Made by a program: the position numbers and the translations under genes. Positions 1-11,396 of a DNA stretch of 64,000 bases are shown piece by piece. The stretch covers positions 1,583 to 65,582 of the forward strand of contig SHZC01000006.1 in the NCBI GenBank assembly GCA_009692505.1, in the 5' to 3' direction. Every line of letters begins with the position of its first letter. The stretch's first letter is position 1. The stretch is from Myxococcales bacterium. Lineage in GTDB: Bacteria; Myxococcota_A; Bradymonadia; UBA7976; UBA1532. The notes under the pieces were generated by a model. The model ran no database searches. It was not told where the DNA came from and saw nothing but the letters and a program-made list of their open reading frames with translations.

Positions 1-17
1 CGGCGATCAGGTGGCGT

Positions 18-473
18 TCAGAGGACCGCGAGAACGCGCTCCGGGTGACCCGTGGGATCCACGTTCGGGAAGACGTGGGCGATCTGGCCGTGCTTCACGA
101 CGAACGTGGAGCGCGCGATGCCTTCGTAGACCTGTCCCTTCCACTCCTGCGGTCCCCACACCCCGAACGCCTGACACAAGACGCGATCGACGTCGGCCAA
201 GAGCGGGTGGTTCAGCTCGAACTTGTCCCGGAACCGCTCGTGGCTTGGGCCGTCGTCCGCGCTCACTCCGTAGACGGACGCGCCTCGCTCGGTGAAGGCC
301 TCGAGGCCATCTCGAAAGCCGCAGGCCTCGCGGGTGCATCCCGGCGTATCGTCTTTGGGATAGAAGTAGAGGACGACGGTCTTGTCCTTCCAGTCGGCCT
401 CCGTGACCTCATTGCCTCGGTCATCCATTACGCGAAAGGGAGGCAGGGGGCTGCCGACGGCGATGAGGGTCAT
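18..473 (-). CDS. bcp: Peroxiredoxin Bcp (thiol peroxidase, bacterioferritin comigratory protein family)
   Basis: The 151-aa ORF has the Bcp thioredoxin fold and a PGCTREACGF motif at the peroxidatic-Cys position; its start overlaps the stop of the upstream MTase gene (ATGA). Confidence 0.85.
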   Translation of the reverse strand: MTLIAVGSPLPPFRVMDDRGNEVTEADWKDKTVVLYFYPKDDTPGCTREACGFRDGLEAFTERGASVYGVSADDGPSHERFRDKFELNHPLLADVDRVLCQAFGVWGPQEWKGQVYEGIARSTFVVKHGQIAHVFPNVDPTGHPERVLAVL

Positions 474-2083
474 GGTTTCTCCAGCGAGAGTTCGAGGTCT
501 GACATTCCGTACAACGAAGCGACGGCAGCGTAAAGGTGGACGCGCTCGGACTCCGGCGCGCCTCGAGAGACGAAGGCCTCCGCCTGCTCGTCAAGTCTCT
601 TGACGATCGGGTCGGTCGGCGAGACGTCGGGCAGCGGCGCCCCTCGGAGCTCGCCCACCTTGAGCTGCGGGAAGAGCCGGTCATCCTCCTGATGGCGCGC
701 CCTGAGAAGGGTCGACAGCAGCGGGCTCGAGACAATGGCCAGCAGGGCGAACGGCGGCCAGGGTTGCCCGGGGTGCAGGTGCACGACGTAGACCGACTGA
801 TCACAGACGAAGGGCTCCTCCAGGTACGCCGCGACGATCGTCGCTCCGAAGATCTTGCGGACGAGCAGGCGGGGTCCCCGGAAGATCGCCGGATCACGCG
901 GCTCCTTCAGCCAGGGGCCGTACCGCACGAAGCGCGGCGAGTGTCGCTCGACTCGAAAGGGCTTCAGATCCCTCCCGCAGAGCTCCGGGACGAAGTCTTC
1001 ACCGAGCCGTGAAGTCGCGTGATGGATGCGGCGCTTGATCTCGTCGGGCGAGTGTCGGCTGTGGTGGTAGGGGTTGATGCCGCGCGTGACACACGCGATG
1101 TCGCCGAGCTTCGCGCTCCAAAGCCGGCTCCGCGTGACGAGTTGGCTGACCGCCACGTCTCGGCACAGGGGCCACGGCGCGGCGGGTGAATCCGGCTCCA
1201 GGTGCAGGAACCCCGACGGGCAGGCCGAGGTGGGCGTGAGGCGCAGGACCGGAACCGATCGCTCAACCTCCCGGCCGCGTTCAAACGTCAAGACGACGGT
1301 CTCCACCTCGGCCGCAAACGTCTGAACCGGCAGCTCATCGAGAGCGGTCACCGCGCCGAGTCCGAGCAGCGTCTCCCGGAGCGCGCCGGTTCTCAGATTG
1401 CTCATGAAGGGGTTGGGCAGGACGAGGCCGAAGCGCCCGCCCGGACGCAAGGCGCGGGCGGCGAGCTCGATGAAGAGCAGGTAGGGGTCTACCTGGTACT
1501 CGGCGGCGGAGAAGCGGACACGGAGGGTCTCGGTCGTGGCACTGAGCGGGGCGAACCGACCCCCGCGATAGGGCGGATTGCCGACGACGAGGTCGAAGCC
1601 ACCCGAGAGCTCTTCAAGCAGCGAGAGGGCGTCGACGTGCCGGATCGCCGAGACGATGATGGGCCAGAGGTTGGGGGGCGTCCGCAGGGCCAAACTCAGG
1701 CGCGTGAGTCCGACGGCGAACGGCTCCGAGTCGAGGCCCACGAGAGCGCCGAGCGCGGCCTCGGGCTCGAAAGCCGCCTTGAGGTTGGCCTCGTAGACCG
1801 CGCAGACGAAGCGCCCGCCGCCGCACGCCGGATCGAGGAGGCGCGGAGGACAGGCGAGGCCGCCGGAGCCCGCCAAGTCGAGACGAGTGAGGATCCATGT
1901 TACGACCCAGGCGGGCGTATAAAACGAACCGATCCGCTTACGGCCGCCTCGGCTTCGCCGCTCATTGGCCCAGTCACCGAGGCTTTGCGGATCGGCCTCG
2001 ACCCTTCGGATGAGCGGCTCGAGGTCGTCAAGCTGCTTGACTGTGTGGCAGCCCAAGGCGTCTTCAGCCGGGCCGCCTGCCAA
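470..2083 (-). CDS. N6-adenine DNA methyltransferase, gamma-class (Eco57I/HsdM-like), no cognate endonuclease nearby
   Basis: Motifs FYTPAWVV (motif X), LLDPACGGGRF (SAM-binding motif I) and VVGNPPY (motif IV); a ~230-aa C-terminal region is consistent with a target-recognition domain. Confidence 0.8.
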   Translation of the reverse strand: MAGGPAEDALGCHTVKQLDDLEPLIRRVEADPQSLGDWANERRSRGGRKRIGSFYTPAWVVTWILTRLDLAGSGGLACPPRLLDPACGGGRFVCAVYEANLKAAFEPEAALGALVGLDSEPFAVGLTRLSLALRTPPNLWPIIVSAIRHVDALSLLEELSGGFDLVVGNPPYRGGRFAPLSATTETLRVRFSAAEYQVDPYLLFIELAARALRPGGRFGLVLPNPFMSNLRTGALRETLLGLGAVTALDELPVQTFAAEVETVVLTFERGREVERSVPVLRLTPTSACPSGFLHLEPDSPAAPWPLCRDVAVSQLVTRSRLWSAKLGDIACVTRGINPYHHSRHSPDEIKRRIHHATSRLGEDFVPELCGRDLKPFRVERHSPRFVRYGPWLKEPRDPAIFRGPRLLVRKIFGATIVAAYLEEPFVCDQSVYVVHLHPGQPWPPFALLAIVSSPLLSTLLRARHQEDDRLFPQLKVGELRGAPLPDVSPTDPIVKRLDEQAEAFVSRGAPESERVHLYAAVASLYGMSDLELSLEKP

Positions 2084-2265
2084 GGAACCGAGGTCCAGCG
2101 AAGTCCACAGGCGAAGCGCCGTCTGACGAATCGTGTCGAGGGTCTCCGGAGCACCGCCGCCGCCCCCCTCCAGAGAACGCCGCGAGAGGATCGTCGCCGC
2201 GATGAGCAGAACCTGACCCCAAGGCTCGGCGTCCGGGGTGCTCAGCTCTCGCGAATCAGGCAGAA

Positions 2266-3675
2266 TTAGCCGCCCAGGAGGCGCAGGGCGATCTGCCCCG
2301 AGACGTTGGCCTGGGCGAGCACCGAGATGTTCGCCTGGCCCAGGATTCGGGCGCGCACGAGGTTGGCGGCCTCGGTCCCGAAGTCGGCGTCGGCGATGCG
2401 ACTGTTCGCCGCCGAGGCGTTCTCCACCACATTGGAGAGGTTGCTGATGGTCGACTCGAAGCGGTTCTGCAGCGCGCCATAGCGGGAGCGGGAGGTCGAG
2501 ACCTGGCTGAGGGCGCGGTCCACCGTCTGCAGCGCCTGGTTTGCCCCCTCGACGGTCGAGACATCAATCTGACTCGCCGAGCTGTTCGGGTCCTGACCGA
2601 CGAGGCCGCCTTGGAAACCCGCGTCGCCCGGGTTTGTGCCCCCGACGCTGAACTGATTCTCGCTCGTGAGCGTGACGGAGCCCGTCGTCGTGCCGCTCGC
2701 GAAGCCGGTGATAGCCCCGCCGTTCCCCGTGGTTTGGACGTCGATGTTCCGGCCGTCCTGGGCCTTCAGATCGATGCCCCCTCCGGCGTTTCGGGCCGCC
2801 ACGACCCCGGTGTCCTCCGTCGAGGCGTTGATCGCGTTGATGAGGTTGTCCTGAGCGTCGCCGCCTTGGACATCGACGCTCGTGATCTCCTGGCCGTTGA
2901 TCGTGAGCCGATTGCTCGAGTCGAGCGTGCCGCCCCCGACGGCGCCGCCTTGGACCTGCGTCGCGTTCACCGTCGCCGTGACCCCTGTTTGTGCGGAGGA
3001 GTCATTGATCGCGCTGGCCACGGCGATCGCACTGCCCGACGCGTTGGTGGTCGAGAGCGTGTCGTCTTGAGCCGAAGTCGCCCGTACGCCGACCCCATTG
3101 ATGGACAGCTCGCCGCCCTGGAGCCCAGTCGAGCTCAGGGCCGCGCTCGTGGCCACGGCCGCGCGCCCGATGGAGGCCGAGCGCACGTCCGTCCCGGCGA
3201 CTGAGACGGTCTGATTCGCGTCCGAGCCGACCTGAAACGTCAGGCTCGTGCTGCTGCCGTCGAGCAGCTTCTTCCCGTTGAAGCTCGTCGTGGCCCCAAT
3301 CCGGTCGAGCTCGTCGGTGAGCTGCCCGACCTCGGCCTGGATAGCCCCGCGATCCGCGTCGGTGAGCGTGCCGTTGGCGGCCTGTACCGAGAGCTCGCGG
3401 ATCCGCTGGAGCGCGTCCTCGGTGTTGCCGAGCGCCGAGTCCGCCGTCTGCGTGAGGGAGACGCCATCTCCCGCGTTTCGGATGGCCTGGGACAGCCCCC
3501 GGATCTGCGAGGTGAAGCGGCTGGAGATCGCCAGGCCCGCCGCGTCGTCGGCCGCGGAGTTGATGCGCTGCCCACTTGAGAGGCGCTGGAAGGCCTTGCC
3601 CAAGGACGCCTGGTTGCGTCGCAGCGAGTTGAGCGAGTTGAGCGAGTCGTTGTTCGTATTGATGCGGAGAGCCAT
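2266..3675 (-). CDS. fliC: Flagellin
   Basis: Conserved flagellin N-terminus MALRINTNNDSLNSLNSLRRNQASLGKAFQRLSSGQRINSAADDAAGLAIS and C-terminus RIADADFGTEAANLVRARILGQANISVLAQAN, with a G/S/T-rich variable middle; the ATG at 3675 has a GGTGG RBS, and the track ORF extends spuriously to 3792. Confidence 0.85.
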   Translation of the reverse strand: MALRINTNNDSLNSLNSLRRNQASLGKAFQRLSSGQRINSAADDAAGLAISSRFTSQIRGLSQAIRNAGDGVSLTQTADSALGNTEDALQRIRELSVQAANGTLTDADRGAIQAEVGQLTDELDRIGATTSFNGKKLLDGSSTSLTFQVGSDANQTVSVAGTDVRSASIGRAAVATSAALSSTGLQGGELSINGVGVRATSAQDDTLSTTNASGSAIAVASAINDSSAQTGVTATVNATQVQGGAVGGGTLDSSNRLTINGQEITSVDVQGGDAQDNLINAINASTEDTGVVAARNAGGGIDLKAQDGRNIDVQTTGNGGAITGFASGTTTGSVTLTSENQFSVGGTNPGDAGFQGGLVGQDPNSSASQIDVSTVEGANQALQTVDRALSQVSTSRSRYGALQNRFESTISNLSNVVENASAANSRIADADFGTEAANLVRARILGQANISVLAQANVSGQIALRLLGG

Positions 3676-3818
3676 GGTCACCACCGATTCCGATCGGGTC
3701 ACCAGCCATCCGTGGCTGAACAAGTCCTGCGGGCAGGGCACGCGGGGCACGCGAATCTTACGCATTATCGTGCGAGCCGTCGCGTTGCACAACCGCCGCC
3801 TCCATTCGGCGTCTATAG

Positions 3819-4541
3819 TTGGCCCCTATGCTCTTCGATCCCCCCTTGAAGCCGGTCACCCTCATGGGTCGTCGGAAGCGGTTCTTCGCCGACATTGTCT
3901 TTCCGGACGGGCGGACCGACGTCGCCCACTGCCCCAACAGCGGCAGCATGAAACAGTGCCTCGAGCGTGGGCAGGTGGCCTACGTCTCTCGGTCGCCGAA
4001 CACGAAACGCTCCCTGCCCCTGACGCTGGAGCTGCTCCGGATCGACGGGGCGACGGTGCTCGTCAATACGCAGCGACCCAACGCGCTCGTGGCCGAGGCC
4101 ATCACGATGCGGCGGGTGCCGGAGCTCGACGGCTACCCCATCCTCCGGCGCGAGGTGCACTTTGGCGAGGAGGGATCGCGCGTAGACCTCGTCCTGGAGC
4201 GCGGCGTGGACTCGAAGCTCGAAAGAGTCTTCGTCGAGGTGAAGAACGCCACGATGGGGGTCGGCGGAGGCCTTACGCGGTTCCCGGACGCCGTCACCGA
4301 GCGCGGGCAGAAGCACCTGCGCGAGCTCGCCCTCATGCGGTCCCGTGGCCACCGGGCGGTCCTGTTCTTCTGCGCCGGCCGGGACGATACGACCGTCGTC
4401 TCCCCCGCCGACGAGATTGACCCGGCTTATGGACGCCTCCTTCGCGAGGTGGTCCGCGACGGCGTGGAGGTCCTCGCCTACCGCTGTGACCTGTCGCCGA
4501 AGGCCTGCGCGATCAGCCGGCGCGTCGAGGTCTCGCTCTGA
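3819..4541 (+). CDS. sfsA: Sugar fermentation stimulation protein A homolog
   Basis: 240 aa with the SfsA family pattern (RxKRFxADV...G...AHCPNSG...LE...G); the start may instead be the ATG at 3828. Confidence 0.75.
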   Translation: MAPMLFDPPLKPVTLMGRRKRFFADIVFPDGRTDVAHCPNSGSMKQCLERGQVAYVSRSPNTKRSLPLTLELLRIDGATVLVNTQRPNALVAEAITMRRVPELDGYPILRREVHFGEEGSRVDLVLERGVDSKLERVFVEVKNATMGVGGGLTRFPDAVTERGQKHLRELALMRSRGHRAVLFFCAGRDDTTVVSPADEIDPAYGRLLREVVRDGVEVLAYRCDLSPKACAISRRVEVSL

Positions 4542-4562
4542 GAGAGGCCCGGCCCTCAGCGT
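4542..4562. terminator. Candidate bidirectional terminator hairpin between convergent sfsA and lipoprotein genes
   Basis: Imperfect GC hairpin GAGAGGCCcGGCCCTC in the 25-nt gap between convergent stop codons. Confidence 0.3.
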
Positions 4563-4566
4563 ATTG

Positions 4567-7422
4567 CTAGTCCGGCAGGACGTACGTGCAGGTCTTGCCC
4601 CCCGGTGGAGCCCAGACGCCGTCGTGATCAGCGTCCACGAAGATCGCGTTGGTCACGAAGCGGGGTACGGCGTGTGGGTCGAACTGGGCCAAGCCTCGCG
4701 GCAGGGCCCTTCGTCCGAAGCCCATCACCACGATGTGGGCGTCGCGTTCGAGCTGGAGCGGCACCTGCACCTGAAGCTTGATGAGCGCGTCGGGCGTCGG
4801 CGCGATGAGGCGGGCGACCTCGTCGCAGTTGGCCAAGACGAGCACCTCTTGAACGTCAATCTCCGGGAGTGCCGTGACGGTGAGGTCGAGCGTGGCGGCT
4901 CCATTGAAGACGTGCGCGGTGTCGCCGAGCTGGGCGTCCCCGATGTTGACCCGGGCGAAACCGCCGCTGCTGATGAGCGCGCGACCCTGCTGCATGGCGA
5001 CGGTCAGCTCCTGCTCGTCGAAGTCCACCGACCGCTCGCTCGTCGCAGCGAAGTACGTCCTCGGATCACCGGGCCCATCGAGGCCGTGGGTGTCCGTGAC
5101 CGCGGTCGCAGTGACCCAATGGCCGAAGTTCAAGAAGCTCATCCAGTCCTCGAAGACGCCGGTCTCCCTCGGCCGCGCGTTATCGACGAAGGGCGGCGTG
5201 TGCCCGTTCATGAGCTCGAGGGTGTCGAAGCCAAACGAGAACAAGGCGGTCCCTTCCGGCAGGCCGAGCGCAGAAGCATCGGTGAAGCGAGGTTGGCCCG
5301 TCAGGCGGTCATAGTCGATGACGCAGAGGTAGTTGCAGCCGTTTCGCGGGTGGTTGAGATCGATGACGCCCGCGCCCCGATCCCGAAGGAGCTCGAAGAT
5401 TTGCCCGAGGGAGAGGCCGTACCAGATCGGGAAGCCGCCCCGCGTGCCTTCGCCCTGGACGAGGGGGTAGGCGTTGAGGTGCTCGGGCAGGGAGGGCGTC
5501 AGCTCGATGCCCGAGATATGGGAAACATACGGCCGGAGCCCGGTCGCATCGATCGCGGGGTTCCAGTCCGAGATGATCTCGTGGTCCGTGGAGATCAAGA
5601 CATCGAGGCCCTCGGCGGCAGCCGTGAGCACACGCAGCGGCATTGGCACCGTGCTGTCGGGGCTCGGCGCGGCGTGAACGTGTCCGTCCGTCGACAAGAA
5701 CCCGAGCGTGTCCACGACGTGCGCGAGGGAGACCGTCAAGTCTACTTGACCATCTTCGGGGACGTCGATCTCGCCGTTGGACGGTGCCCACTCATAGCCC
5801 CGCGTCACGGCAAACTCGTAGTGGCCGGGGGGCACTTCGAGGCGCAAGCCGTCTGGGTGGGCATGGGCCTTCGCCACCTCGACGCCGGCCTGAAAGAGCG
5901 TGAGCTTCGCGGGGAGGGGGCCGTCGTCAGCGGCGTCCAGAACGTGGAGCCCGAGGGTGCCCAGAGGTCCGGCAAGCAGCTGAACGGAGGTCTCATCGGG
6001 GACCCGAACCAGCGTCGGCTCAGCCGGAGTGCGGCCGGGTGTATGAAGTCGGAGCCGGATCGTCGCGAACTCCCCAGTCGTCGGGATCAACGTGGCGAGC
6101 ACGCCGGTCTCGTCGGTGAAGCCCCCGTCGGCGTAGAGCCAGCCGCCGTTCCCATCCGGTCGCTCAATCCGAACCTCGGCACCCGGCAGGCTCAGGCCCT
6201 CGGCGGTACGGACCTCGATGTCGAGGGGCAGCAGGCTCGTGGTGATCCCGGTCGTCGTCTCCGGGACGGCGGTGTAGAGGGCGGTGACCGCGGACTGAAG
6301 CCCTCGCGGACCGGCGGCCACGAAGAAGGTTCTTGTCTTTGCCTCGCCGGGGGGTAGAGGCCGGGGCACGAGGAACTCGTCGACGTCGATGAGCACGTCT
6401 ACGCCCGACACCGAAGCGGCCCCCTGACGGGCGTCGAGCATGGCGATGGCGAGGCTGCCGTCCCGGGCACTCGCGCCCAAGTAGGGCAAGCCGAGGCGTA
6501 CGCCCAAGCCGCCGATGGAGACGCCGCCGGTCGCGGGCGCCACGACCTCGGTCGCGTCTCCGAAGATGTGAAAGAGGCCCACCTGGAACCCTCGGGCGCG
6601 CTCGCTTCGATTGACGATCGTGGCCTCGAGCCTAAGCACCGACTCGTCCGGGCGGAGCACGTAGTCAAGGGAGACCTCAATTCCCATCGGTTCGGACAGG
6701 AGCTTGCGTCCGCCGTTGATGGCCGCGCGTTTCATCAGCTCCAGCTCGACGAGCCAGAAGCGATCGTCATGGCCGATGACGCGCACGCGAGCCTCGCCGC
6801 CGTCGCGCCCGTCCGAGATCACCTCGAGGCGATCAGCGGCGAAGCCTCGAAGCGTGGAGGTGTCGAAGGCCCCGAGATCCGCCTCGCCGAGCAGGACCGC
6901 GAGCTCCCCGAAGTGCTCCTCCCCCGCTTGCCGACAGGTGTCGCCGTCCACCGGCACCACGTCGATGAGGCCCCCGCCGTAGTACCACCAAGTCTTGCGG
7001 ACCTCCGGCCCCTGCACGACAAACGCGGCGCGGCTGTTCATCAAGACGACGTCGCCCGGGCCCGCGAGGACCTCGGCGCCGGTGGGGCGGTGTGCCGGGT
7101 CGTCGATGATGTAGGCGCGGGTCCGTCCGCGTTCGGGGCAGCCGCGCGCAAAGAGCCCGTCTCCGGTTCGGAGGCTCGCGTCAGGGGCGGGCGGGGCGGC
7201 GTCCGGCGTCGGGGGGGCCGCGTCGGGCGAGCTCGGGCCCACGTCCGCGATGGACGAGCGGTCCTCAAACCCAAGGTCGAGCGGGCTGGAGTCGGCGGTC
7301 ACCGCGAGGCGATCCCCGGAGACGCGCGGCCCATCAAGATCCTCCGGAGGCAGGCCCACGGACTCGCAGGCCGAGACAAAGAGCACCAGGCCCAGCGTGA
7401 GGCGAAAAAGTGACATCTTCAT
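4567..7422 (-). CDS. Large lipoprotein with Pro-rich linker, beta-sandwich middle region and C-terminal PHP/CehA-McbA-like metallohydrolase domain
   Basis: Lipoprotein signal MKMSLFRLTLGLVLFVSAC starts at 7422 (the track ORF extends to 7662); PDAAPPTPDAAPPAPDAS linker; C-terminal GHVHAAPS...STDHE...NHP...TDTHG motifs resemble PHP-family phosphoesterases. Confidence 0.55.
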   Translation of the reverse strand: MKMSLFRLTLGLVLFVSACESVGLPPEDLDGPRVSGDRLAVTADSSPLDLGFEDRSSIADVGPSSPDAAPPTPDAAPPAPDASLRTGDGLFARGCPERGRTRAYIIDDPAHRPTGAEVLAGPGDVVLMNSRAAFVVQGPEVRKTWWYYGGGLIDVVPVDGDTCRQAGEEHFGELAVLLGEADLGAFDTSTLRGFAADRLEVISDGRDGGEARVRVIGHDDRFWLVELELMKRAAINGGRKLLSEPMGIEVSLDYVLRPDESVLRLEATIVNRSERARGFQVGLFHIFGDATEVVAPATGGVSIGGLGVRLGLPYLGASARDGSLAIAMLDARQGAASVSGVDVLIDVDEFLVPRPLPPGEAKTRTFFVAAGPRGLQSAVTALYTAVPETTTGITTSLLPLDIEVRTAEGLSLPGAEVRIERPDGNGGWLYADGGFTDETGVLATLIPTTGEFATIRLRLHTPGRTPAEPTLVRVPDETSVQLLAGPLGTLGLHVLDAADDGPLPAKLTLFQAGVEVAKAHAHPDGLRLEVPPGHYEFAVTRGYEWAPSNGEIDVPEDGQVDLTVSLAHVVDTLGFLSTDGHVHAAPSPDSTVPMPLRVLTAAAEGLDVLISTDHEIISDWNPAIDATGLRPYVSHISGIELTPSLPEHLNAYPLVQGEGTRGGFPIWYGLSLGQIFELLRDRGAGVIDLNHPRNGCNYLCVIDYDRLTGQPRFTDASALGLPEGTALFSFGFDTLELMNGHTPPFVDNARPRETGVFEDWMSFLNFGHWVTATAVTDTHGLDGPGDPRTYFAATSERSVDFDEQELTVAMQQGRALISSGGFARVNIGDAQLGDTAHVFNGAATLDLTVTALPEIDVQEVLVLANCDEVARLIAPTPDALIKLQVQVPLQLERDAHIVVMGFGRRALPRGLAQFDPHAVPRFVTNAIFVDADHDGVWAPPGGKTCTYVLPD

Positions 7423-7512
7423 GGCGGCGAGTGTAGACGCGAGGGGCCACGAAACAGCCAATGATCGGGCTCGCCGCTTGTCAGCCGTCCTGGTCCTGTG
7501 CACATTGCCCGC

Positions 7513-7607
7513 GAAGGTGCCAGGCTGGCTGGTGCGGCCCCCGGTCTTCAAAACCGGTGTGGGGCGGTGATCCCGTCCCGGGCGGGTTCGATTCCCGTGC
7601 GCCTTCG
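7513..7607 (+). tRNA. selC: tRNA-Sec (selenocysteine tRNA, anticodon UCA)
   Basis: The 95-nt RNA has an 8-bp acceptor stem (GAAGGTGC/GCGCCTTC with one G-U pair), an anticodon arm CCGGT-CTTCAAA-ACCGG, a long extra arm, a T arm GCGGG-TTCGATT-CCCGT and discriminator G. It is nearly collinear with E. coli selC (GGACTTCAAATCCAGT...GGTTCGACTCC); no CCA is encoded. Confidence 0.85.
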
Positions 7608-7633
7608 CCCCCGAAAACAGGAGCGCGAATCGC

Positions 7634-8398
7634 ATGAAGTCCCTCAGCCAGCACGAAAACATTCAGGTCGAAGACGACGGTTTTGTCCGCACGATCCGGT
7701 TCGCGCGACCCGAAAAGAAGAACGCCATCACCGTGGCGATGTACGTGGCCGTCAACGCCGCGATCGAGGACGCGGCAGCGGACGACGGCGTGCGGGTCCT
7801 GCGTTGGGCGAGCTCGGGTGGGCACTTCACCGCGGGTAACGACCTCATGGACTTCATGAAGGATCCCCCCGAGCGACTGGAGGACAGCCCCGTCGGCCAC
7901 CTTCTGCGAAACCTGCTCACGTTTCCCAAGCCGATGGTCTCCTCGGTGGATGGCGTGGCCGTCGGGGTTGGCGCGACCATGCTCATGTACTGCGACGTGA
8001 ACATCGCCTCGACACGAGCCCGGCTGCGATTTCCGTTCGTGAACCTTGGGCTCGTGCCCGAGGCGGCGAGCAGCGTCTTGCTACCGCTGATCGTCGGCGT
8101 GCAGCGGGCGAGCGAGTGGCTGCTCCTCGGGGACTTCGTGGACGCCGAGTCGGCCTTTCGTGGGGGATTAGTCAACCGACTTGTCGAACCCGAGACGCTC
8201 GAGGCCGAGTCGCTCCGGATCGCCCAGAAGATCGCGGTCCATCCCCCCGAGGCCGTGCGCCTGACGAAGGAGCTCATCCGGGGCCCGCTTCGAGCCTCGC
8301 TCGGTGAGACCATGCAGAAGGAGGGGATCTTGTTCGTCGAGCGGCTGCGCTCCCCGGAGGCCATGGAGGCCTTCATGCGCTTCTTCACGAAGGCTTGA
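7634..8398 (+). CDS. Enoyl-CoA hydratase/isomerase (crotonase) family protein
   Basis: 254 aa with crotonase-fold motifs (NRPEKKNA, GGHFTAGNDL, VDGVAVGVGATMLMYCD); AGGAG RBS upstream. Confidence 0.8.
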   Translation: MKSLSQHENIQVEDDGFVRTIRFARPEKKNAITVAMYVAVNAAIEDAAADDGVRVLRWASSGGHFTAGNDLMDFMKDPPERLEDSPVGHLLRNLLTFPKPMVSSVDGVAVGVGATMLMYCDVNIASTRARLRFPFVNLGLVPEAASSVLLPLIVGVQRASEWLLLGDFVDAESAFRGGLVNRLVEPETLEAESLRIAQKIAVHPPEAVRLTKELIRGPLRASLGETMQKEGILFVERLRSPEAMEAFMRFFTKA

Positions 8399-8495
8399 GC
8401 CCGACCCGAAGGCGACCTGCATCGCCGCCCCTTTGCTTCCGGGGCGCGGGTGCTTAGTATCTCGCGGCTTTTTTCTCAGGCCCCGGAGCCCCCCC

Positions 8496-11392
<2,897 letters not shown>

Positions 11393-11396
<4 letters not shown>

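Noticed and set aside
470-3675. Restriction endonuclease partner for the N6-adenine methyltransferase
   Set aside because: The flanking genes are flagellin and bcp, both clearly identified, and there is no unassigned ORF of suitable size, so it is treated as an orphan methyltransferase.
4345-6357. 670-aa plus-strand ORF and other long ORFs (e.g. 10898..12054, 11071..12327, 35169..36251, 36446..37666, 38371..40119, 44427..46160, 47718..49004, 59794..61188, 63148..63762)
   Set aside because: All lie opposite or out of frame to genes with recognisable conserved products or signal peptides. Their translations are Arg/Pro/Gly-rich with no motifs, typical of non-coding frames in high-GC DNA.
18-8398. 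Search for a selenoprotein gene (in-frame TGA) near tRNA-Sec, including Bcp and the enoyl-CoA hydratase
   Set aside because: Bcp has Cys, not a TGA codon, at the peroxidatic position. No adjacent pair of same-frame ORFs separated by a single TGA with a downstream hairpin was evident, and the enoyl-CoA hydratase next to selC is an uninterrupted ORF. Selenoproteins are probably encoded outside this window.
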